From NCBI GenBank assembly GCA_963708075.1, contig OY970194.1:5248001-5312000 (forward strand): a stretch of DNA of 64,000 nt. The letters run 5' to 3'. Each line of letters starts with the position of its first letter. Position 1 is the first letter of the stretch. This document shows, one piece after another, positions 33,890-42,847 of this stretch. The DNA comes from Sedimentisphaerales bacterium (lineage in GTDB: Bacteria > Planctomycetota > Phycisphaerae > Sedimentisphaerales > Anaerobacaceae). Under the pieces are notes generated by a model. It was not told the origin of the DNA. It did no database searches and saw only the letters and a list, made by a program, of their open reading frames with translations. Both the position numbers and the translations under genes were made by a program.

Positions 33890-34216
33890 AGCGGCTGTTC
33901 CCGTTATTCCCCCGTTATTCCTAATCGCGCCGCCCGGAGCGAGTAATTCCTGATTCAGGACCCCGTCTATTACTCCCCGTCTACCCTTCGGTTACAGAAA
34001 TACAGCATTTCTCTTCACAGAATACAGTATCCACCTTGTTTGTATGTTGGAATGCCGACGGTACCGTGAAGTTTCGAGATGTTCCGAAGCTCTAATGGCC
34101 GGGGAAAGGAAGTGGTCGGCATGCATTGAGAGAAGAAAGCCTGAGGCAAATGTGACAGCTTACTAACCAAACAAACCATGTATATTCAACCCATCTCAAC
34201 TCGAAAGGGGAATGCC

Positions 34217-35239
34217 ATGAAGAAGTATATGCTTTTGACAGTCGTAGCCGCCTTTGGCCTGCTGTCGGTTACGGTGTCAGTCCCAGTTCTCCAGGCGACT
34301 GCGGGGGGCAACACATCAAAGGACTCATCAAAGGACTTCGTTCCGCCGATCGTATTCCAGGCAGCCGGGCCGACCGTAGCGTCAATTCAGGGCACGGTCG
34401 ATGCGTTCCGCGCTGCTCTAGGGAACCCCAACAACGGCAACGCGCCGGGGCCGCTCGCCGGCGGTCGCCGCGAGATCAACTGGGACGGCGGGGGCAACAA
34501 CCAGACCACGGCGGTCGCCGGGAACCCATTCGCGGGCTTTCAGGCCATACGCGGCGCACTGTTCACGACGCCGGACGGGACCGGTTTCGTGCAAGCTCCT
34601 CCTACCGCCGATCCGGCTCTGTTCCCGCCGGGGGGGCTGGCCGGCCTGTTTGACAACCCGACGTACGGGATCATCTTCACCGCGTTCAGCCCGCTGCGGC
34701 TGTTCAGCGCCATCGATAGCACCATCACGGAAGTGGACTTCTTCGTGCCCGGCCCCGACGCCGACAAAAAACCAGCGACAACCACCGCGTTCGGCGCTGT
34801 CTTCACAGATGTTGACCAGCCGGATGGGAGCGGGCCTGGCAAGAAGCACGAAGACCATAGCACCGACACGCTGAGCGAGTACTCGGGTGCCGACACCGGG
34901 TTCGACGCTGCCTCCACAGAGGTTGACCAGGCGGGTGGGAGCGAGCATGGCAAGAAGCATGGAAACCGTAGCGCCGGCACGCTGATCGAGTACTTCGATG
35001 CCGACGGCGAGTTGCTGTTCAGCAGCGTCGTCCCGGCCTCGCCGGGCGATGGGAGCCTTTCCTTCTTCGGCATCCTGTTTGACGACGCGTGCATCGCCCG
35101 GGTGCGGATCACGAGCGGCAACGCGGCCCCGGGGCCGGATGATGATGGGAAACGAGACATCGTCATGATGGATGACTTCATCTACGGCGAACCACAGGCC
35201 TGCGGCTGCGACTCATTGGTGACACTCACCGATAAATAG
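34217..35239 (+). CDS. Secreted REINWDG-motif protein with internal duplication
   Basis: Signal peptide; GRREINWDG, FGAVFTDVD, MDDFIYGEP. Confidence 0.7.
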   Translation: MKKYMLLTVVAAFGLLSVTVSVPVLQATAGGNTSKDSSKDFVPPIVFQAAGPTVASIQGTVDAFRAALGNPNNGNAPGPLAGGRREINWDGGGNNQTTAVAGNPFAGFQAIRGALFTTPDGTGFVQAPPTADPALFPPGGLAGLFDNPTYGIIFTAFSPLRLFSAIDSTITEVDFFVPGPDADKKPATTTAFGAVFTDVDQPDGSGPGKKHEDHSTDTLSEYSGADTGFDAASTEVDQAGGSEHGKKHGNRSAGTLIEYFDADGELLFSSVVPASPGDGSLSFFGILFDDACIARVRITSGNAAPGPDDDGKRDIVMMDDFIYGEPQACGCDSLVTLTDK

Positions 35240-35336
35240 TAGTCCATAATAGGTGGCTGTCCCGAAGCTGGGGTCAGGGGTCATCCATATAGGGGGGGCA
35301 GAGGTGTGCGTCAGGGGTCAGGGTCAGTGGGCGTCA

Positions 35337-36374
35337 GGGGTCAGGCTTTGGATTTTGGTGTCCGCAGGGCCTGCCATAGTTTGGCGTTCCGCCGTGTCTT
35401 GTTTTCTTGAGCGACGGCCTTGCTGACGCCATAGATGTTGCCCATGTGCATGGCTTCACTGAACCAGCGATTTGTGACGGCACAGTGCCGCTTGATCCAG
35501 CCGGCAAGGACCACCTTCCATGGAGCCAGCTTTCGGTCTGACGACAGGTCCGCCCCCTTCTTGCCGAGACGCCGCAGACCCTCCTCCAGAAGCGTCTCGG
35601 CTCGTTCCTCCCCATAGCCGGTCCGACCCGCCCCTTCGCCACAAGCAAGATGGCCTTTGTCCAGTTCTTTCACCAGGGCTCTCTTGCCCTCGCGAGTCCC
35701 GATGTACCAGCCCCGGCACAACTGCTGATGCAGCACCGACCGGCGACGGGGATTCCCTTCCTCCGCCATGGCCAGATAGCGATGGTAGCACCGCATCCCC
35801 GCCGCTGTGGGCCTCAGGTCCCCGGCCACGTACAGCCAGTCCGCATTCTCCAGACACACCGGACGCACGCGCTGGAAGAACTTTGGAAAGCTGCTCAGCT
35901 CATGGTCTTTAAGGGTCTCGACGCTTTGGAGGCCCGCCCGCACGGGATTGAGGTGAATATAGTTGACCACCCGCAGAAGCGACTCGCCGCGCTCGATCAA
36001 TAAGGCCTTGTATCGCCCCTGGAACACATGGCCGCGCTCCCTCACGAGCCGGTTGAACCGATTCGCAAACGTGCTTTGCAGCCACTGCATCCCGGACGCC
36101 AGACGGCCGTCGGGCGTCTCCACGCACAGGTGATAGTGATTCGACATGAGCACGTACGCATGCAGACGCCAGCCAAAACGCTCGCACGTGTCAAACAGCG
36201 TCCGCTCAAAGCAGACGCCGGAGTCCTCGACCGTGAACAGGTCCCGTCGGTAGTTGCCGCGATTTAGAACGTGGTACACGGCTCCGGCATATTCAATTCT
36301 CGATTGGCGAGGCATGACCAGAGACTACCGCTCATCGTCCCTCATAGCAACACCTAAATCCAAAGCCTGACCCC
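35337..36374 (-). mobile_element. TIR-flanked Y1 tyrosine transposase element
   Basis: 25-bp IRs GGGGTCAGGCTTTGGATTTTGGTGT (35337-35361) and ACACCTAAATCCAAAGCCTGACCCC (36350-36374), 1 mismatch. Confidence 0.88.
35341..36315 (-). CDS. RAYT-like Y1 (HUH) transposase with C-terminal extension
   Basis: YHVLNRGN, MSNHYHL (HUH), GHVFQGRYK, YIHLNPVRAG (catalytic Tyr). Confidence 0.95.
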   Translation of the reverse strand: MPRQSRIEYAGAVYHVLNRGNYRRDLFTVEDSGVCFERTLFDTCERFGWRLHAYVLMSNHYHLCVETPDGRLASGMQWLQSTFANRFNRLVRERGHVFQGRYKALLIERGESLLRVVNYIHLNPVRAGLQSVETLKDHELSSFPKFFQRVRPVCLENADWLYVAGDLRPTAAGMRCYHRYLAMAEEGNPRRRSVLHQQLCRGWYIGTREGKRALVKELDKGHLACGEGAGRTGYGEERAETLLEEGLRRLGKKGADLSSDRKLAPWKVVLAGWIKRHCAVTNRWFSEAMHMGNIYGVSKAVAQENKTRRNAKLWQALRTPKSKA

Positions 36375-36385
36375 CCCTGCCCCCC

Positions 36386-36901
36386 CCGGACGCACGCGCT
36401 GGAAGAACTTCGGAAAGCTGCTCAGCTCATGGTCCTTAAGGGTCTCGACGCTTTGGAGGCCCGCCCGCACGGGATTGAGGTGAATATAGTTGACCACCCG
36501 CAAAAGCGACTCGCCCCGCTCGATCAATAAGGCCTTGTATCGCCCCTGGAACACATGGCCGCGCTCCCTCACGAGCCGGTTGAACCGATTCGCAAACGTG
36601 CTTTGCAGCCACTGCATCCCGCACGCCAGGCGTCCGTCGGGCGTCTCCACGCACAGATGATAGTGATTCGACATGAGCACGTACGCGTGCAGACGCCAGC
36701 CAAAACGCTCGCACGTGTCAAACAGCGTCCGCTCAAAGCAGACGCCGGAGTCCTCGACCGTGAACAGGTCCCTTCGGTAGTTCCCGCGATTCAGAACGTG
36801 GTACACGGCTCCGGCATATTCAATTCTCGATTGGCGAGGCATGACCAGAGACTACCGCTCCCCGTCCCTCATAGCAACACCTAAATCCAAAGCCTGACCC
36901 C
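36386..36901 (-). pseudogene. 3'-truncated second copy of the Y1 element
   Basis: Near-identical to 35859-36374 including the TIR; breaks into a poly-C tract. Confidence 0.9.
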
Positions 36902-37144
36902 TTTTCCCCCTTTTCCCCTTTTCCCTTTCCTTTTCCCCCCTCCTCCTCCTTTTCCCCTCCCCCGGAGCGCCCTGAATTGAGTATGGTGTCCCCCGGCAGA
37001 ATTCAACTCCGGGTGGCAGCGTCAAGCGCAGCTTGGCGATGGTCTTCGCCGTCCGGGACCAGGCCAAGACCGTTTGTGAAATGTGTAGGTTTGACCCCCG
37101 GCTAGGCCTAGAAATCTGTATCCATCTGCTGGGAACTGGGAACA

Positions 37145-37229
37145 GGGTCAACTCTTGACATCTGACGCGATCATCATCGATTGAGAATTCGCCCGTTACT
37201 CCGTCTGTCAAGTGTCAGGAGTTGACCCC
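37145..37229. mobile_element. Miniature GGGTCA-ended inverted-repeat element
   Basis: GGGTCAACTCTTGACA ... TGTCAGGAGTTGACCC (15/16). Confidence 0.7.
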
Positions 37230-37256
37230 AATCCCCCACCCGTTATTCCCGCCGGG

Positions 37257-37688
37257 TCATTCGTACCGCAGCATGCAGAAGCGGTTGCCGCATCCTTTGC
37301 AGCAGGTGAAATGGGTCAGGACCAGATTCCCGGCAAATAAGACCAGGAAAGCAACGAGCAACAGCGGTTGTCTGACAAGCCAGTACAGCGGAAACAGTGC
37401 GACAAAGCCGAAGAACACAGCTACGGCCAGCAGTTCCCCTCCGGTATACGCCCCGGCGGCGCGCTTTGGCATCATGCCGGCCACAAGGCCCATGACGACG
37501 CGATTACACTGGTCATGGACCGGGCATTTCGCACAGAACGCATAAACGAACACCAGCCATACGATGATGCCTCCGACCAGATAGATGCCCGCCGCGGCCG
37601 CTGAGTACCGAGAGATGCCGTACAGTCCGGCAATGACCGAACCGGCAAGCAGGCACAATGCGCTAACACCAGGGAGTCTTCCGGCCAT
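37257..37688 (-). CDS. Small Cys-rich 4-TM membrane protein
   Basis: AAGGAG RBS; CAKCP..C and CCKGCGNRFC. Confidence 0.7.
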   Translation of the reverse strand: MAGRLPGVSALCLLAGSVIAGLYGISRYSAAAAGIYLVGGIIVWLVFVYAFCAKCPVHDQCNRVVMGLVAGMMPKRAAGAYTGGELLAVAVFFGFVALFPLYWLVRQPLLLVAFLVLFAGNLVLTHFTCCKGCGNRFCMLRYE

Positions 37689-37757
37689 GATCTATATTCT
37701 CCTTTCTATCATGCGCCATGCCGCAGGAACGAAAACGGGATCTGTCCCTAGCCATCC

Positions 37758-37912
37758 CGACCGTGAACAGGTCCCTTCGGTAGTTCCCGCGATTCAGCAC
37801 GTGGTACACGGCTCCGGCATATTCAATTCTCGATTGGCGAGGCATGACAGAAGACTACCACTCCTCGTCCCTCATAGCAACACCTAAATCCAAAGCCTCA
37901 AAGCCTGACCCC
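37758..37912 (-). pseudogene. Third, shortest 5' fragment of the Y1 element
   Basis: First 29 codons + leader + TIR with an 8-nt stutter CAAAGCCT. Confidence 0.9.
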
Positions 37913-38050
37913 TTTTCCCGACACAAATGAATAGGCGACCGGATCGCTCGTGATCGCTGAGCCGTGTTGCACTTCGAGTGTTAATGCGCCTCTAGCCCTA
38001 GCCGCCTCTAATGGGTGTATTTTTCCGGCTCACGTGGTCGGAAGTACAAC

Positions 38051-38860
38051 CTATCTGTGTCGGTACTTATCCTCAAGGGAACGTGACTTGTTGGCAACCT
38101 CCCTACGCTCAATGGGACGGATGTACAACTCCTTCATAACGTGCTCCAGTATCTTATATGCGTCGAGCAAATCCTCCTGCTTTATGGTGGAATGATGGCT
38201 TGCTTGATTTCCTATGAACCTAATCCCGTGGAGTAGCTTGGCATCAGGGAACTTCTTCTCAAAGAGGCGTATGCGATCAACCAATTTGAGGAGAACCGAA
38301 CCATCGCTGCCAGACTCCTTCGTAGACTCAACTTTTTGGTCGTCAAGCAATGCCTCTACACTATGCCGAATCGCGTTACCGCAGGACGCAGGGTCAGAGA
38401 AGAATGTAGAAAAGGAACGCGTGATTTCATTCCGCAGACTCTTGGGATACCGGTCACCTAATCGAATCATCGGCAAAGGTGGTGTGAAGTACTCTGGCAA
38501 AATCCGAGTGCGTACGGGAAAGCCTCGTTCTTTCGCCAGTTTTGAAGGAATGATCGCTTTGCCCACCACAATTGCAGTCTCGTGGCATGACTTGCATCTC
38601 AGAAAAGCAGAGAACTTCGCCTGCACTTCGTTCATGGACTTCACAACCTTCCCGAGAACCAGGAATGCACTGAGAAGGAGATGGGACTCGAAGTCGATAT
38701 CCTCGAAGTCCTTTTCGTCGTACTGTTTCTGCAACTCTCTGAAGCGAACATCGTTCTTTTTAAGTCGCAATACTCCATCGGAACAGTAAGGGCACGGCAG
38801 TTCGGGGAATGTATCAATGCCACAGAAGGACTTGATCTGGTTCACGATCTCTTGATTCAT
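38051..38860 (-). CDS. DUF4145 (HEPN-like) protein with zinc-ribbon motifs
   Basis: CPYC, CKSC, IRHSVEALLD, RFIGNQASH; visibly lower GC. Confidence 0.8.
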   Translation of the reverse strand: MNQEIVNQIKSFCGIDTFPELPCPYCSDGVLRLKKNDVRFRELQKQYDEKDFEDIDFESHLLLSAFLVLGKVVKSMNEVQAKFSAFLRCKSCHETAIVVGKAIIPSKLAKERGFPVRTRILPEYFTPPLPMIRLGDRYPKSLRNEITRSFSTFFSDPASCGNAIRHSVEALLDDQKVESTKESGSDGSVLLKLVDRIRLFEKKFPDAKLLHGIRFIGNQASHHSTIKQEDLLDAYKILEHVMKELYIRPIERREVANKSRSLEDKYRHR

Positions 38861-38935
38861 ATGAGTTCTCTCCGGCCAACAGGGCCCTCATGCTCCCATC
38901 GTCGCACATTCGCCACGCGTGTGTCCCTGGAGACA

Positions 38936-38964
38936 ATTATCCCGCGTACGCGCGGGAGAGGCAA
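38936..38964 (-). promoter_or_regulatory. Sigma70-like promoter (repeated module)
   Basis: TTGCCT-17-GATAAT; related copies at 39611-39638 and 40356-40385. Confidence 0.55.
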
Positions 38965-39084
38965 GAGAAAAGTGAATGGGAGGGACTGATTCGGACAGGA
39001 TGTGTGTGAGGGAAGATTCTAGCTTCGGGGGGGCAGACCCCAGTTTCCCCGAACCCACTTGCCGGGGAATCTGGGGACACCATA

Positions 39085-39217
39085 TAATGGCACTAAGTTA
39101 AGGGAATCATGGCTAAGAATGCGTTTTCTCTGCTAGCGAAATCACCGAGATTTCCCATCAAACGAGGGTCTTGCTGGGACTCGAAAGCGGTCAATTACGC
39201 TTAACTTAGTGCCATTA
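39085..39217. mobile_element. IS4-type MITE (133 bp)
   Basis: Perfect 18-bp IR TAATGGCACTAAGTTAAG; 11-bp flanking direct repeat GGGACACCATA/GGGACGCCATA. Confidence 0.82.
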
Positions 39218-39496
39218 GGGACGCCATACTCAATGCGGAGCCGAAATAAGTAACATGTCCCCGGAATTCCTTTGTGGGATGTTATGCTCAATTTGGGTTG
39301 AAGTGAGTGAGGTGTCCCGCGATGCTCGGGAGCTCATTCTAAGGACTGCCCTTCGAAATCGCCATAAGTCCGGACTCTCGAAGTACCTCGGACTTCCCGT
39401 CGTCCCTTCTTATAGCGTCGGACTATTCCCCTAACAGTAATTCTGGAATTCTGGGGACACAATACTTATTCCCTCGTCCCATCGACGCTTTGATTG

Positions 39497-40396
39497 GGCT
39501 CTCCAACTCGTTCACTCATCGCACTCATTTCGACTTCTCAACATTCATATGACCCGCCTTGGGCTCCAACTTATTCGTCGCAGGTTGATCCGGGGCGTCT
39601 TCCTGAGAGTATTATGGCAGTCAAGGGCGGGAAGGCAAGGGAAAAGCGACAATGGAAAAGTGATATGTGATAAGTGATAGGGAAGCAGGGACAATGCTGG
39701 GGCAAGCCGTGCCCTACAGGCCGAAGTAATTCCGGAGATATCACACTTATTTCCTCGTTCTCATCGGTGGTTCCGGCGGGGTTTGCGCTTCTGCGGCTTA
39801 TTCTCCTATGACAAAGAGGCCGAATATCATGAGGCCCAGAGATGTAAAACCGCCGGCCAGGGAGCTGAGGATCCACTCGGCGCCGGGGCTCTTTGGGGCC
39901 AGGGCTACCAGAAGGCGGCGTAACCGGTCGGTGAATGCCGGTGGCGGGTATACCCTGTTGATCAGGCATTCGGCGGCGCCGAGCATCAGGATGCAGGCCG
40001 TGATGAGGGACGCGATGGCTGTGTACAGCATCCATTTGTGGCCGGAGGTCGTGTAGAGGGTGTTCAATAGCGTGACTTCGCCGCCCGTCATGGCCAGAAG
40101 AAAGGTGACCCATGTCTTGAGAAAATCGAGACGCAACTGGACTCTTGTTTCATCGCTGAGGGTCATACGCGTCCTCTCGGGAACAATAGAACAACAGGGA
40201 CCATTGCTTGTTCGACTCCTATTCTATCGCGCTCTCCTCTCGGCTCTCCAACTGCCGCACCTATCGTACGCATCCGGACCTCTCCACATCCATACAACTC
40301 GCCTCGGGCTCGAATTCATCAATCACGGGTTGATCCGGGGCGACTTCCTGGGAATATTATGGCGGGGGCAAGGGCGGGAAGACAAGGGAAAAGCCC
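39497..40396 (-). repeat. Two copies of a ~150-bp promoter+leader module (39497-39646, 40242-40396)
   Basis: Collinear similarity from GGCTCTCCAAC through GGTTGATCCGGGGCG to CAAGGGAAAAGC. Confidence 0.75.
39798..40166 (-). CDS. Small membrane protein of unknown function
   Basis: GAGG RBS; three hydrophobic segments. Confidence 0.6.
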   Translation of the reverse strand: MTLSDETRVQLRLDFLKTWVTFLLAMTGGEVTLLNTLYTTSGHKWMLYTAIASLITACILMLGAAECLINRVYPPPAFTDRLRRLLVALAPKSPGAEWILSSLAGGFTSLGLMIFGLFVIGE

Positions 40397-40508
40397 TTGG
40401 ATTGATGATCGATGATTGGGAAGGGAAGTGGGAAGTTTGATGTTTGAGGTTTGAAGTAAGAGGGTCGGGCGGCGGGGTGCCGGGATTGCGGATGTGCGAT
40501 TGATGACC

Positions 40509-40657
40509 GGGGACGCTGTCCCCGGACCCCTGGCATTTTTCGCTTTCTGCCAGCAGCATGATAGGAGAGCAATGTGAGGCGATGAGTCCATGGCTTCCGG
40601 CTGACATGCTATTGGCCCAAGGCGGCAAATGCCGGGGGTTTGGGGGCAGCGCCCCCG
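40509..40657. repeat. Palindromic IS-end-like repeat
   Basis: GGGGACGCTGTCCCCGGACCCCTGGCATTT ... AAATGCCGGGGGTTTGGGGGCAGCGCCCCC imperfect inverted repeat. Confidence 0.6.
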
Positions 40658-41001
40658 GAAAGCCACCGTGTGCAAGGCCCGCAGGCCCGCAGGCGTTGGT
40701 TACGGCGAGAGGTCGCGTCGGAGTCACTCGGATGATCACAGCCGAGGGCGGCTGTGCTACATGTCTCCGCCTGGCTTCCTTAGTCCTTGGGGGACAAGAG
40801 TTTAGGAAATATGCAACAAATCGCGATTTTGCGGATATTTGTGTTGACCCAAGAGTATGGGGGATATACCATAGGCCTGAGACCCATCTGAATATCGAAA
40901 TTCGAAGTAAGCCCAGAGGCTCGCGCCATATGCCGCCGGCTCGTGCCGGGGCGGCAACTGAGAACCGACAACTGTCAACTGGGATCTGTTGAGGAGGCAT
41001 C

Positions 41002-41964
41002 ATGGCGAAGATCGCGTGTTGTCACAACTGCGCGTACTCGTACTGCGACCACGAGCATGCGCTGTGGAGCATGTCGGTCGGGGTGCTGACCTGGCCGGCG
41101 TGCGCGAACCATCCGGAGTCGTACGGGGTGATGCGGCGTGTGCCGCAGCGCGGGATCTGCTCGAACTACCGGGCGAAGGCCGGCAAGCCGGAAGGCGATG
41201 TCAAACAGATTCCCCTGGGCGACGGGTTCTACGCCTACGTGGACGCCGCGGACTATGAGTGGCTCAGCCGGTGGACCTGGCACCTGGGTAGCGGATACGC
41301 CTATCGGGTGGAGAAGAGAAAGGTGGTGATCTACATGCACCGCCAGATCATGCAGCCGCCCAAGGGGATGGTCGTCCACCACAAGAACCGCAACAAGCTG
41401 GACAATACGCGGGGGAACATGGAGAACGTGACGCCGGCGGAGAACACGCGCCAGCGAGCCAAGAAAAGGAATGCCTCCTCCCGGTTCTGGGGCGTCAGCT
41501 ACACCAAGAGCCGCGCCAAGTACCATGTTTCCGTCCACCACGAAGGGAGACTCTTCGCCTGTGGCTACTTCGCGGACGAGATCGAAGCGGCCCGGGCGCA
41601 CGACTACAAGGCGGTCGCGCTCAAGGGCGAGGCTGCCCGGCTGAACTTTCCCAAGGAATGGCCGCCGGAACGACGGGCGCAGGTCTATGCCGAATTCCAG
41701 GCGCGCCTCAAGAGAGAGGGGAAGAATGTAGGGAGGAAGGGAGGTAAGACAGGCAGGCGATCCCGGCCTGGGGACACGGGTCGTAAACAGCGAGCTATGT
41801 CCGCCAGGCCACGAGTGACCGGCGACGGGGGACGCGACAAGGTAAGACGAAGAAGGCAGAAGGCGAAAGGCAGGACTGAGGGGCCCGACGCAAGACGCAC
41901 AAAGCACGAGGCTGGACGAGGTGGGGTAAAGGCAAGAGCGCAAAAGGTCAAAGGAAACAAGTGA
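41002..41964 (+). CDS. HNH endonuclease + AP2 DNA-binding domain, Cys-rich N-terminus, low-complexity basic tail
   Basis: GAGGAGG RBS; MHRQIM...HHKNRNKLDN...N (HNH_3); RFWGV...GYF..E.EAARAHD...LNFP (AP2). Confidence 0.9.
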   Translation: MAKIACCHNCAYSYCDHEHALWSMSVGVLTWPACANHPESYGVMRRVPQRGICSNYRAKAGKPEGDVKQIPLGDGFYAYVDAADYEWLSRWTWHLGSGYAYRVEKRKVVIYMHRQIMQPPKGMVVHHKNRNKLDNTRGNMENVTPAENTRQRAKKRNASSRFWGVSYTKSRAKYHVSVHHEGRLFACGYFADEIEAARAHDYKAVALKGEAARLNFPKEWPPERRAQVYAEFQARLKREGKNVGRKGGKTGRRSRPGDTGRKQRAMSARPRVTGDGGRDKVRRRRQKAKGRTEGPDARRTKHEAGRGGVKARAQKVKGNK

Positions 41965-42049
41965 GAGAATTGGGGGCTGACGGCAAAGGGCCCGGGCGGC
42001 AGGCATTGCGAGTCCTTCCCGCGCCGGGTCGGTGAAATGGCTGCAGGCG

Positions 42050-42700
42050 GGTGCGGCTGGTATTCGGTGGCGGCGTATAGCCGCCGTGTGCGGACTGCGC
42101 CTCTTTCGTCCCTTACGGGACTGGCTTTTGTCCTTGGCCCCGGTTTCCCAGCGATGAATCGCTGGGCTATTCTCTGTCGCCCTTCGGGCTTGAACTGCGC
42201 CCGGACGGGTCGATCACCATCCCGCAGGTGTTGCGGCTATTCTCTATCGCCCTGCGGGCTTGGACTGCACCTCTTTCGTCCCTTACGGGACTGGCTTTTG
42301 TCCTCGCCCCCGGGTTCCCCAGCGATGAATCGCTGGGCTATTCTCTATCGCCCTTCGGGCTTGGACAGCACCCGGACGGGTCGATCACCATCCCGCAGGT
42401 GTTGCAGCTATTCTCTGTCGCCCTGCGGGCTTGGACTGCGTCATGGCTGAGCTTCGTGATACTGCCAAATTGAAGGCTATCCTCTATTGCCCTGCGGGCT
42501 TGGACTTCGCTCCAGTCCTCTTGCGTCGGCCCATCCGCCCCACAGGGGCGATCGACAATAGCCCACCGTTTCAACGGTGGGTACCGGTAGCCTATCACAT
42601 CCCAAAGCCCCGCAGGGGCGAAAGAAGACTGCGGTGCGCTCTTGTGTCGGGTGCAATCCGAATCCGCCACCAAATGCCGACCGCACCCGCTTGGGGGCGG
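42050..42700. repeat. Composite REP/BIME-like element with internal ~170-bp tandem duplication
   Basis: Unit GGACTGC(G/A)CCTCTTTCGTCCCTTACGGGAC...CCCTGCGGGCTT occurs twice (about 42092 and 42262); inverted homolog at 9105-10650. Confidence 0.85.
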
Positions 42701-42847
42701 AATTGGCGGCATTGGCTTGCCCCGCACTGTCTAATAATGTAGAAGAGCAGGTCGGAGTGCCGATAGTAACCTCTGTGAGGCCCTGGATGGACAGGGTGTT
42801 GGCCTTTTGAAGGCAGCTATTATAGGACGTATCACGGGAGTAGCGTT

